DNA of 64,000 bases from Veleropilina oligotropha (Eukaryota): assembly GCA_048128005.1 (NCBI GenBank), contig JBEUKZ010000007.1:124001-188000 (forward strand), read 5' to 3'. Shown one piece after another: positions 1 through 11,636 of the stretch. Position 1 is the stretch's first letter; each line of letters begins with the position of its first letter. Below the pieces are notes generated by a model. The model did not search any database, was not told the origin of the DNA, and saw only the letters and a program-made list of their open reading frames with translations. A program made the position numbers and the translations under genes.

Positions 1-14
1 ACTTGTATATATTT

Positions 15-108
15 CATATGAGAATTATAAAACTCGTCAGCAAATTTATGTACCTCGCCAAGGCTCGGAACATAATTTATGCCCGACTCGTTTCATAATT
101 CTCATATG
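15..108. repeat. Long imperfect hairpin with CTCG/CTCG mismatches (probably a transposon terminus, cut by the window edge)
   Basis: catatgagaattataaaa-CTCG...CTCG-ccaagg-CTCG...CTCG-tttcataattctcatatg. Confidence 0.75.
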
Positions 109-639
109 CAATGGACACTCGTTCGATATCCTCTATATTCCACTTTTTGTAGTTTTTTCATTCAAATGCATAGTTCTAACAGAGTTAACGTAAATGTTTC
201 AAAGAAAGCTCATATTAACGCAATGAGCTCTACCTCGACCTTGGTCTATGCACCATGGTGAACATGCCCAGTATTTTGAAGATTACAGTGTTCTATAATT
301 ATCGCGACAGAAATTAATTATTGATAGATATATCATGGAACCTTGATCAACTTCGGCAAGGCATATAATGTTATAGGCGCATACACGGTATATAATTGTG
401 TTGAACATCCAGCTAATCATTTTTAATGACATTGTTTTCAAAATCTGCATATCAGGTTCATACCAGGACATATCGCTGTAGGAAAGCCTGGTACTCCGTG
501 AAAAACCGCCCTCACCGATATCAGTTATGACAACTGTGACTGTTAACAGCACAAAGATGCTCCGTTAGACAGAGAAAGAAACTAGGACTATTTAGCTGCT
601 TTGTTTTATGACCACTTTTGACAATTTTGCATATTTATC

Positions 640-800
640 GCGATCGGGGCACCCGGTTTATAGTCTCACTTCGATCTGAACGACATATGTCTCTTATTAT
701 TCTAAGAGGTAGAATAAGCCACCGGCTGGACTTGATCCCTGGCCCTCCTGATATTCTCGGCTGAATGTCCGACGAGCTGACCACTCGCCCACCGAGTTCG
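640..800 (-). mobile_element. tRNA-derived SINE, family B (related copies at ~20320-20492 and ~25585-25730)
   Basis: Shares cacccggttta..gtctcact.cgatctga.cgacata and gaataa.cc with 20325-20410; degenerate A/B-box head on the minus strand. Confidence 0.55.
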
Positions 801-1144
801 CTAAGTCACGATTTATAAACGTATTAATATATAATATAATGTTATATAAATATTAATGTCAATGTGCATAAATTAGTTAAAATTGTAATGGTGATCCTTC
901 ATCATGATGTTACAGCGTTTGAAATGTATATGTATCCTGGCAGTATGCCGAATGAAATTTGTTTATACCTTAGCTAAAAACATGTATATGTTTATAGTAT
1001 GAATATAATTTGATTGATTGATATATTACGTATTTTGTAAATAAACTGTAGTTAATTATGTATGTATGTATATGTATATAAGGTGAATACAGAGTATTAG
1101 TGTCGTTTTCCCAACTGTTCTATTCTCTGAAGTGACAGAATGAT

Positions 1145-1371
1145 TAACTCGCAATTGCGAATTAGTAACTCGCAATTGCGAATTAGTAACTCGCAATTGC
1201 GAATTAGTAATTCGCAATTGCGAATTAGTAACTCGCAATTGTGAATTAGTAACGCGCAATTGCGAATTAGTAATTCGCAATTGCGAATTAGTAACTCGCA
1301 ATTGCGAATTAGTAACTCGCAATTGCGTACTAATTCGCAATTGCGAATTAGTAACTCGCAATTGCGAATTA
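1145..1371. repeat. 21-bp minisatellite (TAACTCGCAATTGCGAATTAG, ~10-11 copies) with palindromic core
   Basis: Direct reading; core TCGCAATTGCGA is a perfect 12-bp palindrome. Confidence 0.95.
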
Positions 1372-1735
1372 AGAAATAAAATTATGTGGCAGTTCAGCGT
1401 TGCCGTAGCAAAGGCTTGAATAGAGACTATGGATTTATGTCCCATTATAATTAATACATTTAAGCTAAATATAACATTATTATAATTAGTTAATAACATT
1501 AATATGTGATTTCATAGCACTTACCGTATCTTAATTGTCTTTCAAATATCCACAATATAATAATGTGTTTGATATTTTTAATGTATTACATATGTCATTT
1601 GTCGTATATATTTATGTCTGTAGACACTGCCTACATTGCTTACCCATTGCACGTGTATGGCGTGACGTCACCTTTTCTGACGTCATAGGTAGACGTTGTA
1701 TTGCTATGGTGCTATCTTTCAATTACTGTATTCCA

Positions 1736-1796
1736 TCTTAAACTTCTGACGAAGAAACATTTGTTTCGAAAGCTCGAGGATATAATTAAATTTAAG
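1736..1796 (+). ncRNA. Minimal type I hammerhead ribozyme motif in a Penelope-like pseudo-LTR remnant
   Basis: CTGACGA(1746-1752)-A-GAAAC/ATTT/GTTTC (stem II)-GAAA(1768-1771)-GCTC, with palindromic AGCT in place of stem III; followed by ATTAAA and GTTAGTCTTAAAGGTGCC, a tail I recognise from Penelope-like pLTRs. Confidence 0.65.
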
Positions 1797-1820
1797 TTAG
1801 TCTTAAAGGTGCCGAAGTTA

Positions 1821-2700
<880 letters not shown>

Positions 2701-3174
2701 TAGGTCATTCTGAGAGAATATTTTTCAGAGTGACAACTACATTACGATGGATGAAGCAAAGTGAACCAAATTATTTGACGGAAATATCATTGTTGATTAA
2801 CATGTATATCATATTACCAAAAATCCGTAGTGTTTATACACGTCTCAGAGGAACAGACCTAAGTATACACACTCGAGGAATGGCATAGTTAAATCGTACT
2901 GTATATATCTGAAATATTACAACTGAACAACTGTATGTAATTATTGCATAAATATAGAGGTAACACATTTAAGGATGGGTAATAAATTCAACGATGATCG
3001 GCGTGCACGTTCGCGTTGCTGTGTTGTACTTGTAGCTAAAGAAAATTCGACCAAATACGTTAACGTGAACCTGTAGTTGGTAGTCAATGAATACCAAAAT
3101 GGCTACACCGTGTCGCGTTACAGGCACACGTTCACGAGATATTTGCTAAACCTCTCTAATGTCGTATTAGCCTT

Positions 3175-3580
3175 GTTTACAAAACCAGAATTTCAGTTTC
3201 GTAGCCCCAAACACCCACTTCTGACATGTGCGTATATTTATGCATTGTCCATATGTTCTCGTGTGCATTTTCTCAAACATGTCCTGGTTGTCCTTCATAT
3301 ATTTAAGTTTATAATGTCGGAGATGAATATGATACATATGACCTCCGAATGCACAATAACTCAAAGCCCGAAAGAGACATAACAGTTTCCATCACCCTTC
3401 TCGCATATGAATCGTTGCTTGTGATTTAGCCGACACGCCAATATAGTGATCTTCAACATGCCTGTGGTTGTTTTTCCCTCAACGCCAAACATCGTATAAA
3501 TAGCATCTTGCCATTCACCGTTGACCGGACGAAAATGTGTTGTCTGGTTTGGATGGGACTCCGTGTAGTCGTACATGACA
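3175..3580 (-). pseudogene. Frameshifted OTU-family cysteine protease domain, probably transposon cargo
   Basis: GDGNC, then a 5-nt TATGT insertion, then LFRALSYCAFGG...H..LR....YMKDNQ; after another shift MSEVGVWGYETEI*. Confidence 0.7.
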
Positions 3581-4578
3581 CCTGACGTGGGAGCATTGTC
3601 ACTGACATCAATAGATTCAGATGTGAATGCACTGTCATTGCCATCAGCTGGTGTACACGTGGGGCATTTTCATTACCATCGGCAGGTTTAGACTACTGTA
3701 GAAGATTTATTTAATTCTTTTGTTAAATCTGTATTCTCAATTGACGATATTTCAGAAGAGTTGCGAGGGTAGAGCAATTGATCCCATATGTAGCATGTCT
3801 ATTTGTATGTCCATGTGCAATACTACAAAAATATTGATCCTTTTTTTAATTATATCAGGATTTTATTATGACGCAATTGCAATAACATTTTGGGTTTGAT
3901 ACCTGGGATATGGAATTTTTTCAGTACACGCCAACAAATGTCAATGTATATAAATGCCATAAATGCAACCATTCCTCCATCATTGCCATCAACATCATGG
4001 TCACTTGAATAATAGTAAAAAGCTACATATATTTTCTAAGATCGGTGTCGAGAAATATATGTAAATTCAAGATTTTGAAACGCGGGGTTCTGTTGGAATG
4101 CTGTGAATAAATTTTCAGTGCGGTTGACTTCTTTATTCAACAATATCCACACTGTGAAGTTAAATGTATAGTGAAAAGCAATTTATTGTTTTCGAGTGAT
4201 TTTATTTAGAAAACAAGCGTTTATAAAATGGAACCGGCCTCGATAAGTGAGACGGTATGATGTGGATTCAATTCCAAACATCGGTGTGGCTTATTCTAAC
4301 GCTTAAAAGTCGCCTATTAGAAAGATGGCTTAAAACTCGTTCCTCGAAAGGAGGAGTTAAATTGATAGATACGAAGACAGATGTGACTCCAAACTTTGTG
4401 CAAAAAAGATGGTAAAACTAAAACTCATTCGCATCACATCCATAAAATGGATGCATATACTCCTAATTGCTCTCACAGATCAAACTACATTATGTAGTTT
4501 CAATTATACGTAAGTATATAAATTTGGAATGTGTAAAGTAAACATTAGCAAATCGGTATTCATTCTTTTTATATTAGA

Positions 4579-4825
4579 GCGCTTCGACAGCCGTGAGATT
4601 TCGGTTGCAGACTCCGACAAATCGCTTGCTTGATTCCGCTGTCGCGAACAGTAGTGGGTTCGAATCTCGGTTGGGACATGACAGTATTTTTTTCAGTTAG
4701 GAATGATAGTTGTCCATAACTGGTCGGACAGGGCCTGTTTCCCCGGCTTTTGTCCGCGATAATATGGAGATATCCTGCTTTGGACCTAATTGTTGGAAAT
4801 ATACAGGATATTAAGCATCGATGTT
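4579..4825 (+). mobile_element. tRNA-derived SINE, family A
   Basis: B-box GGGTTCGAATCTC, body agttgtcc.taac.gg.cgga...ccgcgataatatggaca..., tail tatacaggatattaagcatc; more than 12 copies in the window. Confidence 0.8.
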
Positions 4826-5309
4826 TTCCTGTCCTTTTCCTTTCATATAAAATCCGAAATTACGGAAGTATGGTTTAAATGCACTACTGACCTAATAAAA
4901 TAAATATGTATGATGCAGAAGTGCAGACGACGTTTATTAGGTAGATACACTATCGCCACGTGTATCAATAAGTATATGATATAATACATGACAAATATAA
5001 AACAGTAACCGATTTATTTTAACTTGTATGGCGTTTCATATCTTTGTTCAGCCAGTCTGAAATAAAGTAATAATGATGATTAGCAACAATACACTACATC
5101 GACGGCTATTACTAGCTCGTTCTACAGCTAAAAATGATAGATTGCGTCTGCCATAGTTCGATATAGAATCAGAAAAAACTTGAACATTTCCTACAGCGAT
5201 GTATTTGCATGTGAGTGCACGTGAAACAAGCAATGCAAGAGATAATGGGTACTCTATCTCCGCGCGGCCAAATCATCAATGAGATAGTGCACATAGGAGA
5301 GTAAAAGAC

Positions 5310-5575
5310 AGGAAAGGATCGGTGCTTAATATCCTCTGCATTTCCAATCATCATTAGTTTCAAAACAGGACATGTCCATATTATTGCGGGAGGAAAACCC
5401 GGTCGCCCGAGGAAACCCACCCTCTCCGACCAGCTACGAACAACTGTGATTCATAACATAAACAAATGTGTAATGTCAGTGTCGAGGTTTGAACCCACTA
5501 CTGTTCGCGTCAGCCGAAACAAGTCAGTAATATTCGGAGTCCACAACTGATACCACACGACTGTCGAAGCGGCCC
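5310..5575 (-). mobile_element. SINE family A copy
   Basis: Reverse-complement match to 4579-4825. Confidence 0.8.
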
Positions 5576-7148
5576 ATGATTCTGCATAAAGCTCACTAGT
5601 AGATGTGTATCGCCAATAGTATCAATAATGTTAAACAAGACAACCAGCGAGTACACACTCTCGTCCTGCCGATTTCAAATATCGCATTTGTATGATTTAA
5701 CTTGTTGATATCATTACAATAGCAACAGGGCTACCAAATGTATTACAAAAATTGTGATTACATAATCTCGTCCTGTCGATTTCAAATTTCGCATTTGTTT
5801 TATTTAACTTGTTGATATCATTATAATAGCAACAGGGTTACCATATGTATTACAAACTTTATTAATTTCGTCCGGAAAATAAAAGTTAATAACATATCTG
5901 GCCAATTTAAACCACCCTCTGTCGGCCAAATTAGATACTAGATAATACATTATGTCATTCTCCAGTGAGATAAAGCATGATTTGGTCATACGTTGAAATT
6001 TGAACCGAGTTATAGGCCATGGTCCAGGTATGGTTTATCTGAACCCCCCCCCCCCCCGCCCCACAACCTCCGACCCCATGTTTTTCTCGACCATTGGGGT
6101 CCCTTGGGGTGGAAATCAACTGGTAACAGTGAATAAACTGGGATGAACTATCCATTTGGGGGGTATATTTGATGGTACCCTCAAAACATCGAGTTTTTCG
6201 TCGCTGTCGCGTCATATTCAACACTCTTGTTATTTTCAGTTTCTAAAGTGATTAACATTTCTCCATAGCAAATCTGTATGCATCAAAAGAAAGCTGGTCA
6301 AATAGTAACCATCATAAAATATTCATATTGCAGATTTAATGGATTATTGGTTGTCAAAACGGGGGTTGAATGGCAGTACCCCCACCCCCTTTTTCATCTT
6401 AGCAGAATATTTCAGCTTTTACAAGATATATATATATATATTTATATATATATCATAAGAGTGCATAATCCCCAATATACACGAATAATTAGTTTTCTAA
6501 CATTCTACATTATCCCAGCTCTCATTTGATACCAGAAACATCTCCATAGCTCACAAATACTATTTGATACAGCATTTCAAAGATACCGCCGGTTCATCAA
6601 AAATGGACACCTGATGCCGCAATTTTCAGTTTTCTAACCGTTCTGTTGCAAAATATATTTGAACTGCACATATATATCATATTAAATTTATTTATATTAT
6701 TGATTTTGTAGGGATGGGACCAGGTATGGTGTAAGTGCACCCCCTCCACATACAACCCCCCCCCCCCCCCTCCCCCGATCTCATGTTTTTCTGGATTGGG
6801 GTTGAATAGGGAAACCCTACTTTTTCGTTGCAATGTGGAAGCGACTACAATATTTCAGCGTGTACAAGTTATATATATACAAAAATAAGAGTAAATATCT
6901 CCATATATGCATGAATTAATAGGTTTCTAGCATTCTACATTATCCCAGTTTTCAATTGATACCAGAAACATCTCCCTAGCTTCAAAATCATATTTGATAC
7001 TGTATCTCACAGATACCCCCGGTTCATCGCAAATGTTCGCCAGATGCCACAGTTGCTTCTGTTGCCAACTTGACTAGAACTGTATTTATAACTTATTTTA
7101 ATATATTATTGATTTGAGAAAATAGGATCAGGTATGGTGTATATGCAA

Positions 7149-7635
7149 CGTGAAACGTTGATTTCCGACGCCGTCCTTAGCATCACAACATAATTGTCCA
7201 GCATGGAGGATCCGGATGAGGTGCCATCACTGAAAGGGCCGAGCGATGTCATCGACGCCCTCCCTACGGCAAATGCTCCAGGCAGCGACAACATCCCACC
7301 TGAGGCCACTAAGCATGGAAAAGCTGTTCTGCTTCAGTCCGTTCTCTGTCTCTGCTGGGCTAAAAGAGCCGTCCCCCAGGACATGCGAAACGTCACCATC
7401 GTGACGAGCAACGGCAATCGCAGCGACTTCAACAACTACAGAGGATTATCCCTACTAAGCATCGTTTGCAAAATGTATGCCCGCGTCCTCCTCAATATAC
7501 TACAGCTGCTCGTGGACCTCGTCTACCAGAGTCCCAGTGCGACGTTATGGCGGGCGTGTCGATGACTGACATGATCTCCCCCAGCTTCAGGAGAAGATTA
7601 GAGAACAAAGGCCTGCCGCTCTATATGATGCAGCC
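7149..7635 (+). mobile_element. RTE-clade LINE RT fragment
   Basis: APGSDNIPPE...VPQDMRN...NNYRGLSLLSIVCKMYARVLL. Confidence 0.85.
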
Positions 7636-7639
7636 CTCG

Positions 7640-9250
7640 TGACCCACACTTAGGATGCCCTTTGAGGCATCGCATATGGAACGGGTTGAGCCGACGTTCT
7701 TGCCTCATGTATGTGGTCCATATTTTGCTTCCATTATGTAAGGTGCCGAGGACGCAGGAATGATACACTCGATCTTGGAGTGTTCTGTCGGCTCTTTGTT
7801 TTCCCAAACCCTCTTTGTCAGCCTGGCCATGATGATGTTAGCCTTCCCGAGCCGTTGGTTGAGTTCGACACCGAGTGAGATGCTTTTGCTAATGGTAGAC
7901 CCCAGGTAGATAAAGCTGTCTCCGTCTACAAGGATAACGCTGTCGATGGTGAGGGGGGGGGGGGATTAGTGACATTTTGTACCATGATGCTCGTCTTCAG
8001 GCTGATAGTGAGCTCAAACAACTTGCATGCATCAACAAAGCGGTCGCTTGGTCTCTGGAGGGCATCCTCGGTGTGGCCCACGAGGCTGCACCATCGGCAA
8101 AAAGCATCTCCTGATGATTACCATCCCGACCTTGGTCTTCGGACGCAGTCGTGTCAGATTGAGTAAGTTCCCATCCGACCTGGTTTGCAGATTGACGCCG
8201 TCAGTGGACGATTTGAAGGCTTATGTCAGGATGAGGGAAAACTATCCAGAATAGGGTCTGCGCTAGCAAGCAACCATGATTGGTTCCGTTGCTGATGGGA
8301 AGGAGTCTGTGGAGAAACCATCATATGGGACTGCTCTCGCCATATCAGCGTGGAATGAGATCACCATGCAGGATGATGCTGTGCAGCATTGTGGTCTGTC
8401 CATCTTCCTGAGGAGTTCACATAAGAACTTCCTGTTGACAATGGCGAAACAGCATCATATAGAGCGACTGTCCTTGTTCTGTACTCTTCCCCTGGAGCTG
8501 GCGGAGGGAGAAGATCATGTCTGTCGTCGACCTACCTGCCCTGGGACTCTGGGTAGATGCGGTTCACAAATATCTGCAGTATATTGAGGAGGACGCGGCC
8601 ATCCACTTTTCCAACAATGCTCAGTGGGGATATTCCTCTGTAGTTATTGACGTTGGTGCGATCACCATTATTCTTGTAACTCCTCACGATGGGCCATAGC
8701 ATTCCGCATGTCTTGGAGGACTGCTCCTTTATCCCAGCAGACACAGAGAAGGAACAGAAGCAGGGCAGGTTTTACATTTAGTGGCTTCGAGTGGGATATT
8801 GTCATTGCCTGGAACATTTACCAATGGGAAGGCGTCCATGACATCGCTCGGCTCTTCTAGTGATGGTACTTCATCCGGATTCTTCATGATGGGCAATTCT
8901 TTTTGATGCTAATGGCGGCGTCGGAGATCAACGTTTCACGAGAATACAATATCCCATCTGGTCATCTGTTTCTCGCGGTCGTTGATCTCTTCTCCATTCA
9001 GAGATCTGAGAGGGGGGCGATGCCTTACACGCCACGGACGGCATATAGCAATCGCTTTGCAATTGCACTTGCCACAAATGTTGCTAGAATCTGCATTGCC
9101 CTATATTCCTTCGAACAGTTGCTGTCGGCATTCGTTGACGCACTGTCTTGCGAGGAGATGTGTGGTGCTCCGATGACTTCTGAGCGCTGCATGTATGCTT
9201 TGACTTGTATGCTTCTTGTATGCCAGGAAGGCTTCCAATTTGACGTCAAA
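7640..9250 (-). mobile_element. RTE-clade LINE fragment (degraded RT)
   Basis: NNYRGISPLSIVGKV..., LFADGAA-like RT core, WTTYMRQERRLNPFHMRCL; many stops and frameshifts. Confidence 0.85.
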
Positions 9251-10999
9251 TACTAGTTATATCCTTGGAAGGTACGCGTTGAACCAGACCTGGCTGGACG
9301 AATGCAATGTATATGGTACATTTAAGTAACTCTTCAAACTCGTACCAGCGTTCGAAGATTCCACGAATTGGCGATATCCTTGATACATATACTGTAATAA
9401 AAGTGGATTTGGGGCTATTGTGATATCAATTGAAAGCTGGTATAATTCAGTATGATCAAAAATTATATACTCGTGCATATAATATGTTATTTAATCTTAT
9501 TTTATATACATAACTACAAGCTGAAATAGTTTAGTCATTTCCGTATTACGAAGAGAAAAAGTGGGGTAATATTGCTATTCAATCTCCGTTACGACAATCA
9601 TTAATCAATTAAACATGCTATATGAACATTTTATGATAATTATAAGACGACGATATTTTCTTGGATGTATGCATTTTTGCTATAATGCAATATTAACCAT
9701 CAAAGACACTGAAAGAACAAGAGTGTTGAATATGGCGCGACATCGATGATCAAATGAAGTATGGGTCAGGGGACCCCTGTGCTCCAGAAAAATTATGGAG
9801 TCGGACGGTTGTGTGTGTGGGCGGGGGGGGTGGGCGTTGCATATACCTGGTCCTTTTTTCCTGCAAATCAATAATATATTAAAATAAAATATAAATACAG
9901 TTATAGTCTAGTTTGCAACAGAAGCGGTTAGAAAAAGATAATTTTGGCATCTGGCGAACATTTTCCATAAACCGGAAATATCTGTGAGATACAGTATCAA
10001 ATATGATTTTGGAGCTATGGAGATGTTTCGGTATCAATTGAAAGCTGGGATAATGTAGAATGCTAGAAACCTATTTATTCATTCATATAATGCGTTATGT
10101 ACTCTTATTTTTGTATATATATATAACTTGTACAAGCTGAAATATTGTAGTCGCTTCCACATTACAATGAAAAAGTAGGGTTCCGCTTTCAACCCCAATC
10201 AAGAAAAACAGGGGATCGGGGGGGGGGTTGTATGTGAAGGGGGTGCACTTACACCATACCTGGTCCCATCCCTACAAAATCAATAATATATTTAACTTTA
10301 ATAAGATAAATGTGCATTTCTAATATAGTTTGCAACAGAACGGTTAGAAAAATGAAAATTGTGGCATCAGGTGTCCATTTTTGATGAACCGGCCGTATCT
10401 TTGAAATGCTGTATAAAATAGTATTTGGGAGCTATGGAGATGTTTCTGGAATCAAATGAAAGCTGGGATAATTTAGAATAATAGAAAACTATTTATTCGT
10501 GTATATTAGGGGTTATGAACTCTTATTATATATATATAACTTGTAAAAGCTGAAATATTTTGGTCCATTCCGCTAAGATGAAAAAGGGGGTGGGGTACTG
10601 CCATTCAACCCCCGTTTTGACAACCAATAATCCATTAAATCTGCAATATGAATCTTTTATGATGGTCAGTAGTTGACCAGATTTCTTTTGATGCATACAG
10701 TTTTGCTCTGGAGCAATATTAACCACTTTAGAAACTGAAAAGAACAAGAGTGTTGAATATGACGCGACAGCGGCGAAAAACTCGGATGTTTTGAGGGTAC
10801 CATCAAATATACCTCCCAAGTGTATACTTCATCCCAGTTTATTCACTGTTACCAGTTGATTTCCACCCCAAGGGACCCCAATGGTCCAGAAAAACACGGG
10901 GTCGGAGGGGTGTGTGGGGGGTGCAGATAAACCATACCTGGCCCATGGCCTATTATCTCTGTGTCCACGATGTAGTCAAAAGAACTTTTTGTGTTCAAA

Positions 11000-11520
11000 T
11001 GTGTGATTTCCTTCACCTCGGAGGATCACATTCATGCATTTCAGCATCTTTTTTATTCAGACTTTTTAGTTTTTTATGATTTTCCATGGGTAAAACGCTG
11101 TCGCTGCTTGTTCAAACAGTACGAACATTATTGTATATCTTCATAAGAACAGAATCTGAGCCATCGGCGAAAAGGTTTCGCTGATCTACATATCACGGCA
11201 CTTCATTGTAGTTTATAACCTAGAGTTCGGATGCGGCTATGCATTGTACTGGTCAGTTCGCTGGCCGTGTTCAATACTGACAAATAATGCAAATAACTTT
11301 GGGGCCAGCACACAACCCTGCGTTACTCCATGAATAGTGGCAAATGAGTCAATACTGTCAAACCCAATAGGGATTGTGACAATCGCGCCATCGTTGAACT
11401 TTCGCAACACCGCCAAAATTTTGCCCTGACATCAATGCAATTTAGAGAAGATACTTATAGGCCTATTCCTTGATAATTTACTCAAACTTAATGGTCACCA
11501 TTTTGTCTATATATGTGCAT
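11000..11520 (-). mobile_element. Highly degraded RTE LINE fragment
   Basis: GVTQGCVLAP RT motif on the minus strand at ~11303-11330. Confidence 0.55.
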
Positions 11521-11636
11521 CTTTCCGCTTCTGTTTAAGGTTACTAATGAAAAAACTGGAGTAATTTATAGCGCAATTAATTTCCACCGAATAATATTAT
11601 ATGGTCCGTCGGAATACCGTCAACATCAGAAGCTTA

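Larger units (their letters stand above)
6012..10953. repeat. Foldback structure: ~1.1 kb inverted arms (6012-7150 / 9835-10953) built of ~445-bp sub-repeats
   Basis: Arms match in reverse complement, e.g. 6100-6260 vs 10720-10880; internal repeat 6405-6840 vs 6848-7150; extra partial copies at 9330-9830. Confidence 0.85.

Noticed and set aside
1056..1499. 147-aa ORF with NSQLRVT repeats
   Set aside because: Translation of the 21-bp minisatellite; no splice or homology support.
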